Below, in pieces: positions 49,207-60,488 of a stretch of DNA of 64,000 bases (positions are counted from its first letter, which is position 1; each line of letters begins with the position of its first letter). The notes below the pieces were generated by a model, which saw only the letters and a list, made by a program, of their open reading frames with translations, had not been told where the DNA came from and ran no database searches. The translations under genes were made by a program, and so were the position numbers. This DNA is from Phycisphaerales bacterium (GTDB lineage Bacteria; Planctomycetota; Phycisphaerae; Phycisphaerales; UBA1924), in contig JANQNW010000003.1 of the NCBI GenBank assembly GCA_028279375.1, positions 117,256-181,255 of the forward strand. Reading direction: 5' to 3'.

Positions 49207-50480
49207 ACGCCGACTTTCGCCCGGTGGGGCGCCGGGCGGACGGGGCGCGTGACGACGACGAGCGCAGGCTCTTCGTCCTCGTCGTGAACCGGCGCGGGTT
49301 TCGATTCGACGACGGTCGCCATCTGCGCAGTTGACTCAGCGAGCCTGGCCGCCGCGTGGGCGTGTCGCTGGCGTCGGTCCATCCCGATGAGCAGGCCGAG
49401 GGATCCCGCAGTGAGGATCCAGCCGGTCCCGCCGGCGCTCAGCAGCGGCAGGGCGATGCCCTTGGTCGGACCAAGACCGGTCACGACAGCGAGATTCAGA
49501 GCCGCCTGCAGTCCGAGTGTCGAGAGAACGCCGAGGCCGATGAGACGCGTCACAACCTCGCGCTCACGGCGCACGATGCGCCATCCGGTCCACAGGAGCG
49601 TCAGGTACAGGCAGATCACGAGCAGGGCGCCCGTGACGCCGAGCTCTTCGGTGATGACGGCGAACACGAAGTCGGTGCGGTCCTCAGGCAGATAGCCGAA
49701 CTTCTGGAGTCCGAACCCGAGTCCTCGACCCCAAACCTGCCCGTTCGCCACCGCGATCATCGACTGGATCATGTGATAGCCGGAGCCGGACGGATCTTCG
49801 AACGGATCGAGGAACGTCAGGAGGCGTTGGAGCCGGTAAGGGCGGGCGAGGATCGCAAGCCCGAGCGCGAAGACGCCGAGGGGCGCCAGCGCCAGGAGGT
49901 GAATCAGACGTGCGCCGGCGGCGAGCAGGAGGATTCCGGTGACGGCTACGATCAGGGCGCCGGTGCCGAAGTCCTCGAGTGTGATGATCGCAGCGATGAG
50001 CCCGGCGATGAGGAGTGTGGGCGCCAGACCCTCGACGAAACTCCGCATCTGAGACGCCTTGTGCGCGCCAAGCCAGGCGACGACGAGTATCACACCCCAC
50101 TTGGCGAGTTCACTCGGCTGGAAGGTGAGTGTTGTGCTCCCGAGGGGAATGGCGATCCAGCGCCGGGCGCCGTTGACCTCGTGGCCGACGCCGGGGACAT
50201 AGACGAGCGCGCAGCCGACAAGCATGATGATCATGAGCCACGGGGCGGGCGACCCGATGCCCCGGGCCTTCATGATGCGATCGAGCGGAATCCGAGTCGC
50301 GATGAGCAGGGCGCCCATGGCGAGCGCCGCATAGAGCACGGATCTCGAGAGCAGAATGGAGGCGAGGCTCGCCTGCGATGCGCCCTCGCCGACGTTCATC
50401 CCTGCAGACTGCACCATCACGACTCCGAGGCAGAGCAGCGACAGCACGCACAGCAGGATGACATCCCCGGCTCGAATCAT
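49203..50480 (-). CDS. ftsW: FtsW/RodA/SpoVE-family (SEDS) peptidoglycan polymerase.
   Basis: 10-TM SEDS pattern. Its stop overlaps the murG start. Confidence 0.85.
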   Translation of the reverse strand: MIRAGDVILLCVLSLLCLGVVMVQSAGMNVGEGASQASLASILLSRSVLYAALAMGALLIATRIPLDRIMKARGIGSPAPWLMIIMLVGCALVYVPGVGHEVNGARRWIAIPLGSTTLTFQPSELAKWGVILVVAWLGAHKASQMRSFVEGLAPTLLIAGLIAAIITLEDFGTGALIVAVTGILLLAAGARLIHLLALAPLGVFALGLAILARPYRLQRLLTFLDPFEDPSGSGYHMIQSMIAVANGQVWGRGLGFGLQKFGYLPEDRTDFVFAVITEELGVTGALLVICLYLTLLWTGWRIVRREREVVTRLIGLGVLSTLGLQAALNLAVVTGLGPTKGIALPLLSAGGTGWILTAGSLGLLIGMDRRQRHAHAAARLAESTAQMATVVESKPAPVHDEDEEPALVVVTRPVRPAPHRAKVGV

Positions 50481-50533
50481 GCTCCGGTTATCGGGTAGGG
50501 ATCGGCGGCGCCTGCAACCATCGACACTCCGGC

Positions 50534-50998
50534 GTGATGACGACCTATCCTGCTGTCATGGCCTCTGAGACGGAGTGGTATGCCGACGGCCTCGAGTTCG
50601 AGTGCACGCTCTGCGGCGCCTGCTGCACGGGCGCGCCGGGCTATGTGAACTTCACGGATGCGGAGGGGAAACGCATCGCCCGCGCGCTTGGGATCTCCGC
50701 CAGGCGGTTCTACGACGAATACACCCACGAGGGGCCGCACGGGCGGTCGCTCAATGAAGTCCAGACGGATGAGGGGCTCGACTGCGTCTTCCTCGATCGG
50801 GAATCGATGCCGGGCAAGGCCGTCTGCAGCCTCTATGACGCGCGACCCATGCAGTGCAAGACGTGGCCATTCTGGCCGGAGAATCTGAAGTCGCCGCAGG
50901 CCTGGGCGCGAGCGGCTCGAAGCTGTGAGGGCATCGGCCAGGGACCCGTGATCCCGATTGAGGCGATTCGCATCGAGCGCGACGCGACACCGGAATGA
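50534..50998 (+). CDS. YkgJ-family (CxxCxxCC) putative Zn/Fe-chelating protein, copy 1.
   Basis: CTLCGACC, with additional Cys downstream. Confidence 0.6.
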   Translation: MMTTYPAVMASETEWYADGLEFECTLCGACCTGAPGYVNFTDAEGKRIARALGISARRFYDEYTHEGPHGRSLNEVQTDEGLDCVFLDRESMPGKAVCSLYDARPMQCKTWPFWPENLKSPQAWARAARSCEGIGQGPVIPIEAIRIERDATPE

Positions 50999-51537
50999 GC
51001 GACGCGGCGCTGGTCTCGATATGGCGGAGCGCAATCCGACGTGATGAAGTATCGCACGCGCTTGAGACGATCTACGCCGAGTTGGGCGAGGAGATCTCGA
51101 AGCGCAAGCCGCGCTGTGAAGCCTCCGGGCGCTGCTGCCGCTTCGAGTCGTGGGGTCATCGTCTCTACGTGACCGGACTCGAGGCCGCGTACACCATCGA
51201 GCGACTCGACCAGCCGGCGCCCGACGTTGTGAACACCGGCGCGATGTCGCTTCCGGTGCTCGAAGAGAGTCCTGAGCCTCCGAGCGTGATATCGACGTGC
51301 ATGATCGACGCCGCTGAAGCGCAAGGGGGTTGTCCCTTCCAGTTGGACGGCCTGTGCTCGGTGCATGCGATCAAGCCACTCGGATGCCGCATCTATTTCT
51401 GCGATCCGGAGGCGCAGGATTGGCAGCAATCGCTGCACGAAGAGTTGCTTCGCGGCGTGCGCGCCATTCACGAGCGCGAGGGGATTGAGTACCTGTACGC
51501 CGAATGGCGCGCGATGCTGCGCCTCTTTTGCGTGTAA
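50995..51537 (+). CDS. YkgJ-family (CxxxCxxCC) protein, copy 2.
   Basis: CEASGRCC, plus CPF and CSVH Cys blocks. Its ATG overlaps the stop of copy 1 (ATGA). Confidence 0.6.
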   Translation: MSDAALVSIWRSAIRRDEVSHALETIYAELGEEISKRKPRCEASGRCCRFESWGHRLYVTGLEAAYTIERLDQPAPDVVNTGAMSLPVLEESPEPPSVISTCMIDAAEAQGGCPFQLDGLCSVHAIKPLGCRIYFCDPEAQDWQQSLHEELLRGVRAIHEREGIEYLYAEWRAMLRLFCV

Positions 51538-51538
51538 C

Positions 51539-52885
<1,347 letters not shown>

Positions 52886-52939
52886 GCGACTGGAAGTTCC
52901 ATCAGGGACTGCGAGGGGCCCGAAGCCCGGGGCCCAACC

Positions 52940-53409
<470 letters not shown>

Positions 53410-53413
<4 letters not shown>

Positions 53414-54537
53414 CTCGTGGCCCATCCAATGTCTTTGGGCAGTGAACAAAGATTGCGCCGTCCGCGCTCCGTCACAAGGATGTCATCCTCGATCCGGACT
53501 CCGCCGAACCCGGCAATATAGATGCCCGGCTCGATGGTCACCACCATGCCGGGTTCGAGGATATCCGTGGAGACTGAAGCCAGACGCGGGCCCTCATGCA
53601 CGTCCAGACCAATTCCGTGGCCGAGGCTGTGCCCGAACTCCGGCCCGTAGCCCGCGTCCACAATCACCTTCCGGGCGGCGGCGTCCACGTCTCGGCAACG
53701 CGCGCCGGGCTTGACAGCTTCGATTCCAGCCAGATGCGCTTCGAGAACGATTTCGTAGATCTTGCGGAGGCGGGCCGGCCACGTCCCGAGGCAGAAGGTC
53801 CTCGTCATGTCCGAGTTGTAGCCCTCGAGCCGAGCCCCCCAATCAATGAGCAGGGGCTTATTCCTGGCGAGGCGCGTCCCACCGGGAGTGGCGTGCGGGC
53901 GTGAGCCGTTGGCCTTCGCCGCGACGATCGGATCGAACGCTGGATCCTCGGCGCCACGGATCTTCATCTCATACTCGAGCAGCGCGCAGACCTCGAGCTC
54001 GGTCTGGCCCGGTTCGATCGCCTCGAGCGTCGCCTCGAGCGCCTCTTCCTGAATACGAACAGCCTTCCGAAGCTGGCGCACTTCGATTTCATCTTTTCTC
54101 AAGCGAGCGGTGGCGAGCAGGCCGGTCGTGTCACGCAGACGCTTCCCGCCGACGGCCCTCGCGATCGTTTTGCGCGCCGCGACGCTCAGGTGTTCGCTCT
54201 GCACACCAATGCGCGAGGCGCCTGTTCGATCTGCGATCAACGCGACGGCGTTCGCGATGTCGCCGCGCCGAATATGCACGCGAACACCCGGCGCATTGAT
54301 CTCCTCCAGTTCTTCCGCGAATCTGAAGTCGCTGATGATCGTCAGCGTCCTCGCGCTGAGAAGCGCGAAGGAATCCTCGCCTCGGAAGCCGGACAGAAAA
54401 CGGATGTCCCTTGGATTCGTGATCAGGAGCGCATCGCACTCTTTTTCTCGCATTAAGCGGCGCACACGTTTGATGCGCGATGAGCGCGCAGCGGCGACGC
54501 TGTTCTTCGAAGATTGGGGTGCTTTGGGGGGCGCCAT
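53410..54537 (-). CDS. Xaa-Pro aminopeptidase / M24B family metallopeptidase.
   Basis: Creatinase N-terminal domain followed by the pita-bread fold (HGIGLDVHE, GMVVTIEPGIY, RIEDDILV). Confidence 0.8.
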
Positions 54538-54577
54538 GCAAGCGCAAGTATATCGAGTCAGTTCTCAGGGCGCCGCG

Positions 54578-55273
54578 TTAGCTCTCGCCTTCTCGCAGAG
54601 ACACAGGACCAGCGAGGATCTCGCTCATGATGATCGCTCGGCGCCAGTCTTCTGTCGTGAGCGGCGCTGCAGTCGAGAGAGCGACGCCGGCGCTGCCCTG
54701 CGCTGTGATGGGCGGCGCTGACTTCTTCGCGAGTTCGAGTCTTCTCTTTCGCGCGCGCTCCGCCTTCTTCTCTTCCTCGCGCAGACGCATCTCCACCGCG
54801 CGCACCTGCTCAGCGGCGCGCGATGGCGCCGGCTGCCGACGCTGCGCTGGCGCCGTCTGCCTGGTGCGGCGCGCTCTGGGCTGCGGGGCCGAGGCAGGGC
54901 GGATTGACGGAGCCGGGCGGGGTCCCGCCTGGGCGGGCCCTGGCGTTTTCTGTGGCTGTTTCGGCGTCGTCTTTCGGACTTGAGCCTGCCGACGCATGCG
55001 CTCGAGCTGCTGCTCGCGCAGCGCCTTGAGTTGTGCCTGGCGCGCCTGCATTCGCTCCTGCTGCGAAGCGCCTGGCCGGGGCGTCTGGGCGCCCGTTGGT
55101 TGTCGCGATGAGTCTGCCTGAATGCCGCGCCCGGTGCGAAGAGATTCTTCACGCTGCCGCGCCCGCACCTGTCGGATTCGGGCGATCTCACGCTGCTCAC
55201 GGATCTTCCCGAAGAGCCAACTCAGGAAGCTCATGCTTACGACAATCAGGATGATCCAGAAATTGCTGTTCAT
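54578..55273 (-). CDS. Membrane-anchored low-complexity (Arg/Gln/Pro-rich) protein.
   Basis: N-terminal TM NFWIILIVVSMSFLSWLFG, then RQ/AP-rich repeats. Confidence 0.4.
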   Translation of the reverse strand: MNSNFWIILIVVSMSFLSWLFGKIREQREIARIRQVRARQREESLRTGRGIQADSSRQPTGAQTPRPGASQQERMQARQAQLKALREQQLERMRRQAQVRKTTPKQPQKTPGPAQAGPRPAPSIRPASAPQPRARRTRQTAPAQRRQPAPSRAAEQVRAVEMRLREEEKKAERARKRRLELAKKSAPPITAQGSAGVALSTAAPLTTEDWRRAIIMSEILAGPVSLREGES

Positions 55274-55316
55274 GACGCTCCGAGAGGATCGCGACGAGAT
55301 TCGGACGAGCCGCATT

Positions 55317-56090
55317 CTAGTCCCGACGCACCGCGGCTGGAATCACGGTTCGGCAGTCGCCGGATTCGACCTCGACAAACGGTGTTTCGAAGACGCGCGC
55401 GAGGCGCTCAGGCGTCAGCGTATCTCGCACCGGTCCGGCGGCGTCAACGCCTCCTTCAGAGGTGAGCACGAGGGCGTCGTCGGCCTCGCGCAGCGCCAGA
55501 TCGACGCCATGCATGACCACCACGACGATGGCGCCCGTCCGGGCGAGGTCCCGCAGGGCGGACATCGTGGAGACCTCAAATCGTGGGTCCATCGCCGCTG
55601 TTGGCTCGTCTGCGAGGAGAACGCGCTTCTCGGCGCCGCCCTCAAGTTGCGCAAGCGCACGGGCCAGCGTGACGCGCTGCTGCTGCCCGACGGAAAGTTC
55701 CTGGATGATCTGGTCCGCGTGCTCCGAGAGGTTCATGCGCGCGATCGCACGATCCACAGCCGCAGGATCGGGGCCGACCGCATAACGCCCGAGTGAGACG
55801 ACCTTGCGCACCGAGAAGGGGGCTGCGACCTGCGGGCGCTGGGTCGTGACCGCGATCGTGGAAGCGATATCACGATGCGATCGCCCGGTGAGAGCTTGAC
55901 CGTCGAGCGTGATACATCCCTTCCAGACACGCAGCTGTCCGGCGAGCGCTTGAAGCAGCGTCGACTTGCCGGCGCCATTCGGTCCGACGACCGCCGTCAT
56001 GCGCCCGGGCTCGAAGCTCGCGGTGAGATCACGCAGCACGGGCGCGATTCGCATGTGGCCGGTTGTGATGTTCTCGGCGCAGAGGTTCAC
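55317..56090 (-). CDS. ABC transporter ATP-binding protein of a FecCD/BtuCD-type importer.
   Basis: Walker A GPNGAGKST, ABC signature LSVGQQQRV, Walker B LLADEPT. Confidence 0.85.
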   Translation of the reverse strand: MNLCAENITTGHMRIAPVLRDLTASFEPGRMTAVVGPNGAGKSTLLQALAGQLRVWKGCITLDGQALTGRSHRDIASTIAVTTQRPQVAAPFSVRKVVSLGRYAVGPDPAAVDRAIARMNLSEHADQIIQELSVGQQQRVTLARALAQLEGGAEKRVLLADEPTAAMDPRFEVSTMSALRDLARTGAIVVVVMHGVDLALREADDALVLTSEGGVDAAGPVRDTLTPERLARVFETPFVEVESGDCRTVIPAAVRRD

Positions 56091-57130
56091 AGGCGGCGCG
56101 CCTCCTGTCGCAGCAACCAGAGGAGCAGGGGGCCTCCGATGAGCGCGGTGAGCACTCCGATCGGCATGCGTCCGGCGCCGAGGTCAATGAGACGGACGGC
56201 GGCGTCTGCGAGCACGATCATCGAAGCGCCGAGAACCGTCGATCCGAGGACGAGCGCGCGGTGGGACGGCCCGATGAGCAATCGAATCGCGTGGGGGCAG
56301 ACGAGGCCCACGAAGCTGATGGGTCCGGCAAGAAGCACCGCGCCCGCCGCGAGGGCGCCGGCGATCGCGAAGAGCGCCAGTCGAAGGGCGCCGAGGCGCA
56401 CGCCGACGCTGCGCGCTTCGGCGTCGCTGAGCATGGCGGCGTCCATCGCGGGCGCAAGTCTGAGTGAAATCGCCAGACCGATCAGCGTCAATCCTGCGAC
56501 GGCGCCGAGTCGCGCCCATGTCGTGTCGTCGCTAATCGATCCAAGCATCCACATCGCCCCGATATTCCATCCCTGCGCGGGGAGAAGATGCTGAAGGAAC
56601 ATCATGCCGGCGCTGCATATGACGCTGACGACCACGCCGATGAGAATCAAGGACACCGGTTCAATGAGGCCGCGACGCTGACCGAGCGCATAGACAATGA
56701 GCAGCGCGCCGAACGCGCCGATGATCGCTGGATACGCCGGCGGATTCGCGCTGCCGATCGCGCCGGTCATCTGAACGCTCGCGAAGATCCAGACGAAGAC
56801 GCCGAGTCCGGCGCCGCTCGTGAGGCCGAGCACACCCGGCGCCGCGAGTGGATTGCGAAGCAGCGCTTGCAGCAGCACCCCGGAGAGCGCCAACGATCCA
56901 CCGACAATCGCGCCGGCTCCGAGGCGAAGTGAACGATGCTGCCAGGTCCAGCCATCGGCGGGCAGGGCGAGCGCGCCTGCTGATCCGACCGAGGGCGCAA
57001 CGACCAGACGGAGCGCAGCGACAGCGAGAAAGAGGAGGGCGAGCACAAGAAGCAGGATCTTCGCGCGTCGATCCATGCGATCGAGAGTAGCCGGTTCCCG
57101 CGAGGATCGTGCGCATCGTGGATTCGCCAA
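56087..57130 (-). CDS. FecCD-family ABC permease (iron-siderophore/cobalamin type).
   Basis: About 9 TM helices and a C-terminal LTALIGGPLLLWLL block. Confidence 0.85.
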   Translation of the reverse strand: MANPRCARSSREPATLDRMDRRAKILLLVLALLFLAVAALRLVVAPSVGSAGALALPADGWTWQHRSLRLGAGAIVGGSLALSGVLLQALLRNPLAAPGVLGLTSGAGLGVFVWIFASVQMTGAIGSANPPAYPAIIGAFGALLIVYALGQRRGLIEPVSLILIGVVVSVICSAGMMFLQHLLPAQGWNIGAMWMLGSISDDTTWARLGAVAGLTLIGLAISLRLAPAMDAAMLSDAEARSVGVRLGALRLALFAIAGALAAGAVLLAGPISFVGLVCPHAIRLLIGPSHRALVLGSTVLGASMIVLADAAVRLIDLGAGRMPIGVLTALIGGPLLLWLLRQEARRL

Positions 57131-57161
57131 TCGTCCTCCGGATCGTCATGATCGTCTGCGC

Positions 57162-57836
57162 GTGAACACCGGGAATGACGCCACGACGAGGATCTGGAGG
57201 CTCGCGATTCTCCTGAGCGAGAGCGAAGCGGCGGCGCGATCGGTCATCACGGAGGCGGTGCGAAGGCGCTCGGATCTCGCTCATCTGCCTGCGGAACGAC
57301 AGGAGCGCCTTGTGCTTCTCTGCGCCCGGGAGATGTCGAAAGCGCCAGCGCGCGCAAAGCGGCCGCCCCCCCGAAGTCTGCGCGCCATCCTGAAGGAGCG
57401 GCACAGACAGACTCGCGGGAGACAGGCGACGGAGAAAGCGACTCGCGAGGGCGACGTGGATCAGGCGCATCTCGGCGACCCGCTGGCGCGTGCGCAGGCG
57501 ACACTTCGAACTCGAGGAATGCAATCGCTCGAGGCCTGGATTCTCGCCGTAGTTCAGCAGCGCGACATCATCGAGGTGGCGCGTGTGATGGATTGCTCGA
57601 AGACTGCTGCGGGGCGACATCTCGAAGCAGCGAGAGAGACGCTCAATCGCACAGCGACCGCCCCGGACCACCACGAGTTACAGGCGCTGCGAGACGTTCT
57701 GGAAGAACTGAAAGCCCCGTTCGATATTCGCAAGCGCACGATGGCGCCGCGACCGCTGAGTCGACGCCCTTGGTTTATCGCTGTGCTCGCCGTCGCCATG
57801 GTCGCCATCGCGATCGTGGTCGCTCGATTCCTCTGA
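57162..57836 (+). CDS. Hypothetical sigma-70-like (region 4 HTH) protein with a C-terminal TM anchor. The start is uncertain (GTG).
   Basis: LEAWILAVVQQRDIIEVARVMDCSKTAAGRHLEAARETL resembles ECF region 4. C-terminal TM WFIAVLAVAMVAIAIVVA. Confidence 0.35.
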   Translation: MNTGNDATTRIWRLAILLSESEAAARSVITEAVRRRSDLAHLPAERQERLVLLCAREMSKAPARAKRPPPRSLRAILKERHRQTRGRQATEKATREGDVDQAHLGDPLARAQATLRTRGMQSLEAWILAVVQQRDIIEVARVMDCSKTAAGRHLEAARETLNRTATAPDHHELQALRDVLEELKAPFDIRKRTMAPRPLSRRPWFIAVLAVAMVAIAIVVARFL

Positions 57837-57907
57837 CGCACTGGCGCCGCGCGAGATCGCCCTTGCCCTTTCGTCACTCCGGGAGGACGATACCGGCAGT
57901 GACCGCG

Positions 57908-59419
57908 ATGAACGAACAGGTCGAGACGACGAGTCCGGCGCCCGCGCCCCGGCGGCGTTCGCTGCTGGGGCCGATGCGCATTCGGAAGAAACTGATCCTG
58001 CTGCATACGGTCTTTTCGCTCGCGCTCGCGACGATTCTCATGCTTGCGATCCGCCCAGCGATCCACGAGGTCGTGGCGCGCGCAGAGGAAGACAAATGCC
58101 GTCTGGCGCTCGATCTCCTGCGTGCGTCGCCGGAGCGACTCTCTCACCAAAGCCCCGATGGGTTGGAATTCGCGGTTGGCGGCCCCGAAGTGATCGCACT
58201 GGATACGGAGGTCGCCACGGCGGCGATGGCGGCGCCGGGGAGCGTCGTGATGACGACAACTGCGAGCGGCTGGCCCCGCGCCGTCACGTGGGACGCGCGT
58301 CAGAAGGAGTTCCTCGCCGCCGCCATCCGCTCTGATGCATTTCGCTCTGGTGTGCTTCGGCTGTATTTCTTCACTGTCGCCGCGTTGATCATCGTTTACG
58401 GTCTGATCGCGCTGACGCTCGAGGTCTTCGTGCTTCCCAGACAGGTGTATGAGCCTATTCGCGCGCTGCTTCGCGCCGACGACGCCGTGCAGCGGGGACG
58501 CCGCGCCGACGAGGTGATCCCGGATTCGCGCATCCCGAAGGATGAACTGGGCGAGATCATGCGATCGCGCAATGAGTCCATCATGAAGCTGCGCCAGCAG
58601 GAGGAGGCGCTCGCGGAGGCGCTGGAGAGACTTGAACTCGTCGCCAACGACCTCAAGCGGAAGAACCACCTTCTTGAGACGGTGCAGCGCAACATGGCCG
58701 ATCAGGATCGACTCGTGAGCCTTGGCATGATGTCGGCGGGCCTGGCGCATGAGATGAACACGCCCCTGGCCGTGCTCAAGGGAAGCGTGGAGCGCATCGT
58801 CGAGAGACCTTCGGAGCGTGTGGATGATCAACAGGCTCAGCTCATGCTTCGGGTCGTCCAGCGTCTCGAGCGCCTCGGTGAGAGTCTGCTGGATTTCGCG
58901 CGTGTCCGTCCGCCGTCGCAGGAGACGGTGCGCATGTACGACGTGATCTGTGAAGCGTGGACGCTCGTGCGCATCGATCGGGAGGCCCGCGACGTGCACA
59001 TCGATATTCAGGTGCCGTCATCTTCGGAGATCGTCGGTGATCCGGACCGCCTGACCCAGGTGTGGGTGAACCTGTTGCGCAACGCAGCGGACGCCATGAA
59101 CGGCCAGGGGGCGATATCGATCAGCGCGGAGCTTCAGACCCGAGATGACCGCGAGTGGCTCTCAGTCACGTGCGAGGATGACGGGCCGGGCATCGACCCG
59201 GACGTGTTGCCGCGGCTCTTTGAGCCGTTCACATCAACCCGACTGGACGCGCGCGGCGCTGGGCTGGGACTCGCCGTCGCCGAGGGCATCGTTCGCGAGC
59301 ATGGCGGTGTGCTGCTGGCGCGCAACGGGCATGAGCGCGGCGCCATCTTCGAAGTCGTGCTCCCGGTGCGCCAGTTTGTTGGCGCCGCTCCATCGGAAGG
59401 TGAGGAGGTCAGCTTGTGA
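57908..59419 (+). CDS. Sensor histidine kinase: two TMs, a ~140-aa periplasmic domain, HisKA and HATPase_c.
   Basis: H-box GLAHEMNTPL, N-box LLRNAADAM, DDGPGI, GAGLGLAV. The ATG at 57908 was verified. Confidence 0.85.
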   Translation: MNEQVETTSPAPAPRRRSLLGPMRIRKKLILLHTVFSLALATILMLAIRPAIHEVVARAEEDKCRLALDLLRASPERLSHQSPDGLEFAVGGPEVIALDTEVATAAMAAPGSVVMTTTASGWPRAVTWDARQKEFLAAAIRSDAFRSGVLRLYFFTVAALIIVYGLIALTLEVFVLPRQVYEPIRALLRADDAVQRGRRADEVIPDSRIPKDELGEIMRSRNESIMKLRQQEEALAEALERLELVANDLKRKNHLLETVQRNMADQDRLVSLGMMSAGLAHEMNTPLAVLKGSVERIVERPSERVDDQQAQLMLRVVQRLERLGESLLDFARVRPPSQETVRMYDVICEAWTLVRIDREARDVHIDIQVPSSSEIVGDPDRLTQVWVNLLRNAADAMNGQGAISISAELQTRDDREWLSVTCEDDGPGIDPDVLPRLFEPFTSTRLDARGAGLGLAVAEGIVREHGGVLLARNGHERGAIFEVVLPVRQFVGAAPSEGEEVSL

Positions 59420-60081
59420 ATGCCGACGCGGGCCGTGATGCGGCAGTCGATCATGATCCTGGCGCCGAGATCGCGCCCGGCGGCGCGCTCTCCATCGCGG
59501 CGCTTGACGACGACGCGGACTTCCGGGAGTACGTGCGTAGTCTCCTCGAGGGAGAGGGACATGAGGTGCGCGCGTGCGCGACGCCTGACGAGCTCTTCGG
59601 ACTCTGCGAGGAGCGCCTGCCTGATCTGGTGCTCCTGGACATCAAGATGGGGCGCCACTCGGGCGAGCAGGTGCTCGAGGAAATCCGCCAGCGTTGGTCG
59701 CGCCTGTGTGTGATCGTGATCACCGGGTATCCGTCGCTCGAGACGATGCGAAAGACGTTCAAGCAGGATGTCTACGACTATCTCTCGAAGCCATTCTCGA
59801 TCGACGAGCTTCGGAAGACGATCTCGCAGGCCGCCGTCGAGCTGAATCTCGGAGGTCGACCGCAGGATCGACTGCGCGCATCCCTGGGGCGTCAGATTCG
59901 ACTCGCCAGGACCGAGCGATCCTGGACCCTGAAGGACCTCTCGGAGTCCAGCGGCGTCAGTGTCAGCCAGCTCTCCTCCATCGAGCGCGGCGCCCATCTT
60001 CCGAGTCTCGAGTCGCTCCTCTCGATTGCCCTGGCCCTCGATGTGAGCCCCTCTGAGTGGCTTCAGGCCGCAGGTTTCTAG
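59416..60081 (+). CDS. Response regulator with a receiver domain and a Cro/C1-type (XRE) HTH output domain.
   Basis: REC: DDD...LLDIKM (Asp), VIVITGY, YLSKPF. C-terminus: LGRQIRLARTERSWTLKDLSESSGVSVSQLSSIERGAHLPSLESLLSIALALDV. GTG start with a GAGGAGG RBS; overlaps the kinase stop (GTGA). Confidence 0.8.
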   Translation: MNADAGRDAAVDHDPGAEIAPGGALSIAALDDDADFREYVRSLLEGEGHEVRACATPDELFGLCEERLPDLVLLDIKMGRHSGEQVLEEIRQRWSRLCVIVITGYPSLETMRKTFKQDVYDYLSKPFSIDELRKTISQAAVELNLGGRPQDRLRASLGRQIRLARTERSWTLKDLSESSGVSVSQLSSIERGAHLPSLESLLSIALALDVSPSEWLQAAGF

Positions 60082-60193
60082 GGCACGAATTCCCAGAAAC
60101 AACCAGGCAGAAAACGGCTCTGAGAGCCTCTGAAGGGCCCTCGCGGGTTCCGGCGGTCCTAGGTGCGCGAAATTCGGAATCGGCGCTTGCCAA

Positions 60194-60243
60194 TAGTTAG
60201 TCAACACTATATTAGTGTTAGCTAAGCTAGTGAACACTAGTAC
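60194..60243. promoter_or_regulatory. AT-rich operator-like island with three copies of the half-site AACACTA/TAGTGTT, arranged as palindromes.
   Basis: TAGTCAACACTAtatTAGTGTTAGCTaAGCTAGTGAACACTAGTA lies immediately upstream of an AGGAGG RBS, in a ~68% GC genome. Confidence 0.4.
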
Positions 60244-60256
60244 AGGAGGCCGCCCG

Positions 60257-60445
60257 GTGACCACCACGAATGCAAGACCAATCAAGCCCGCGCGGACCCC
60301 GCTCCAGACGTTCGGCGCCGCCCTGCGAGCCGCCATTGTCACGGTGACTGTGATCGCCACGGTCAGCCTGCTCGGGCTCGCGGCGCTCGTCGCCTATGTG
60401 GTCATCGAACTCCTGAACTGGACCGAGACGCTCGGATTCGCCTGA
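60257..60445 (+). CDS. Small single-TM protein (62 aa; GTG start).
   Basis: AGGAGG is 7 nt upstream of the GTG. C-terminal TM IVTVTVIATVSLLGLAALVAYVVI. Confidence 0.4.
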   Translation: MTTTNARPIKPARTPLQTFGAALRAAIVTVTVIATVSLLGLAALVAYVVIELLNWTETLGFA

Positions 60446-60488
60446 TCTCCGATCCCCGATCTCAAGCACTTCATGCAGGGGCCCACCA

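Noticed and set aside
46269-50498. A series of long plus-strand ORFs (46269..47444, 47929..49161, 49356..50498)
   Set aside because: All are antisense to the GGDEF, murG and ftsW genes, which carry diagnostic motifs. They are high-GC shadow frames.
59134-60360. 408-aa minus-strand ORF spanning the response regulator and the AT-rich island
   Set aside because: It is antisense to the verified REC-XRE regulator and crosses a region read here as promoter. It has no motifs.
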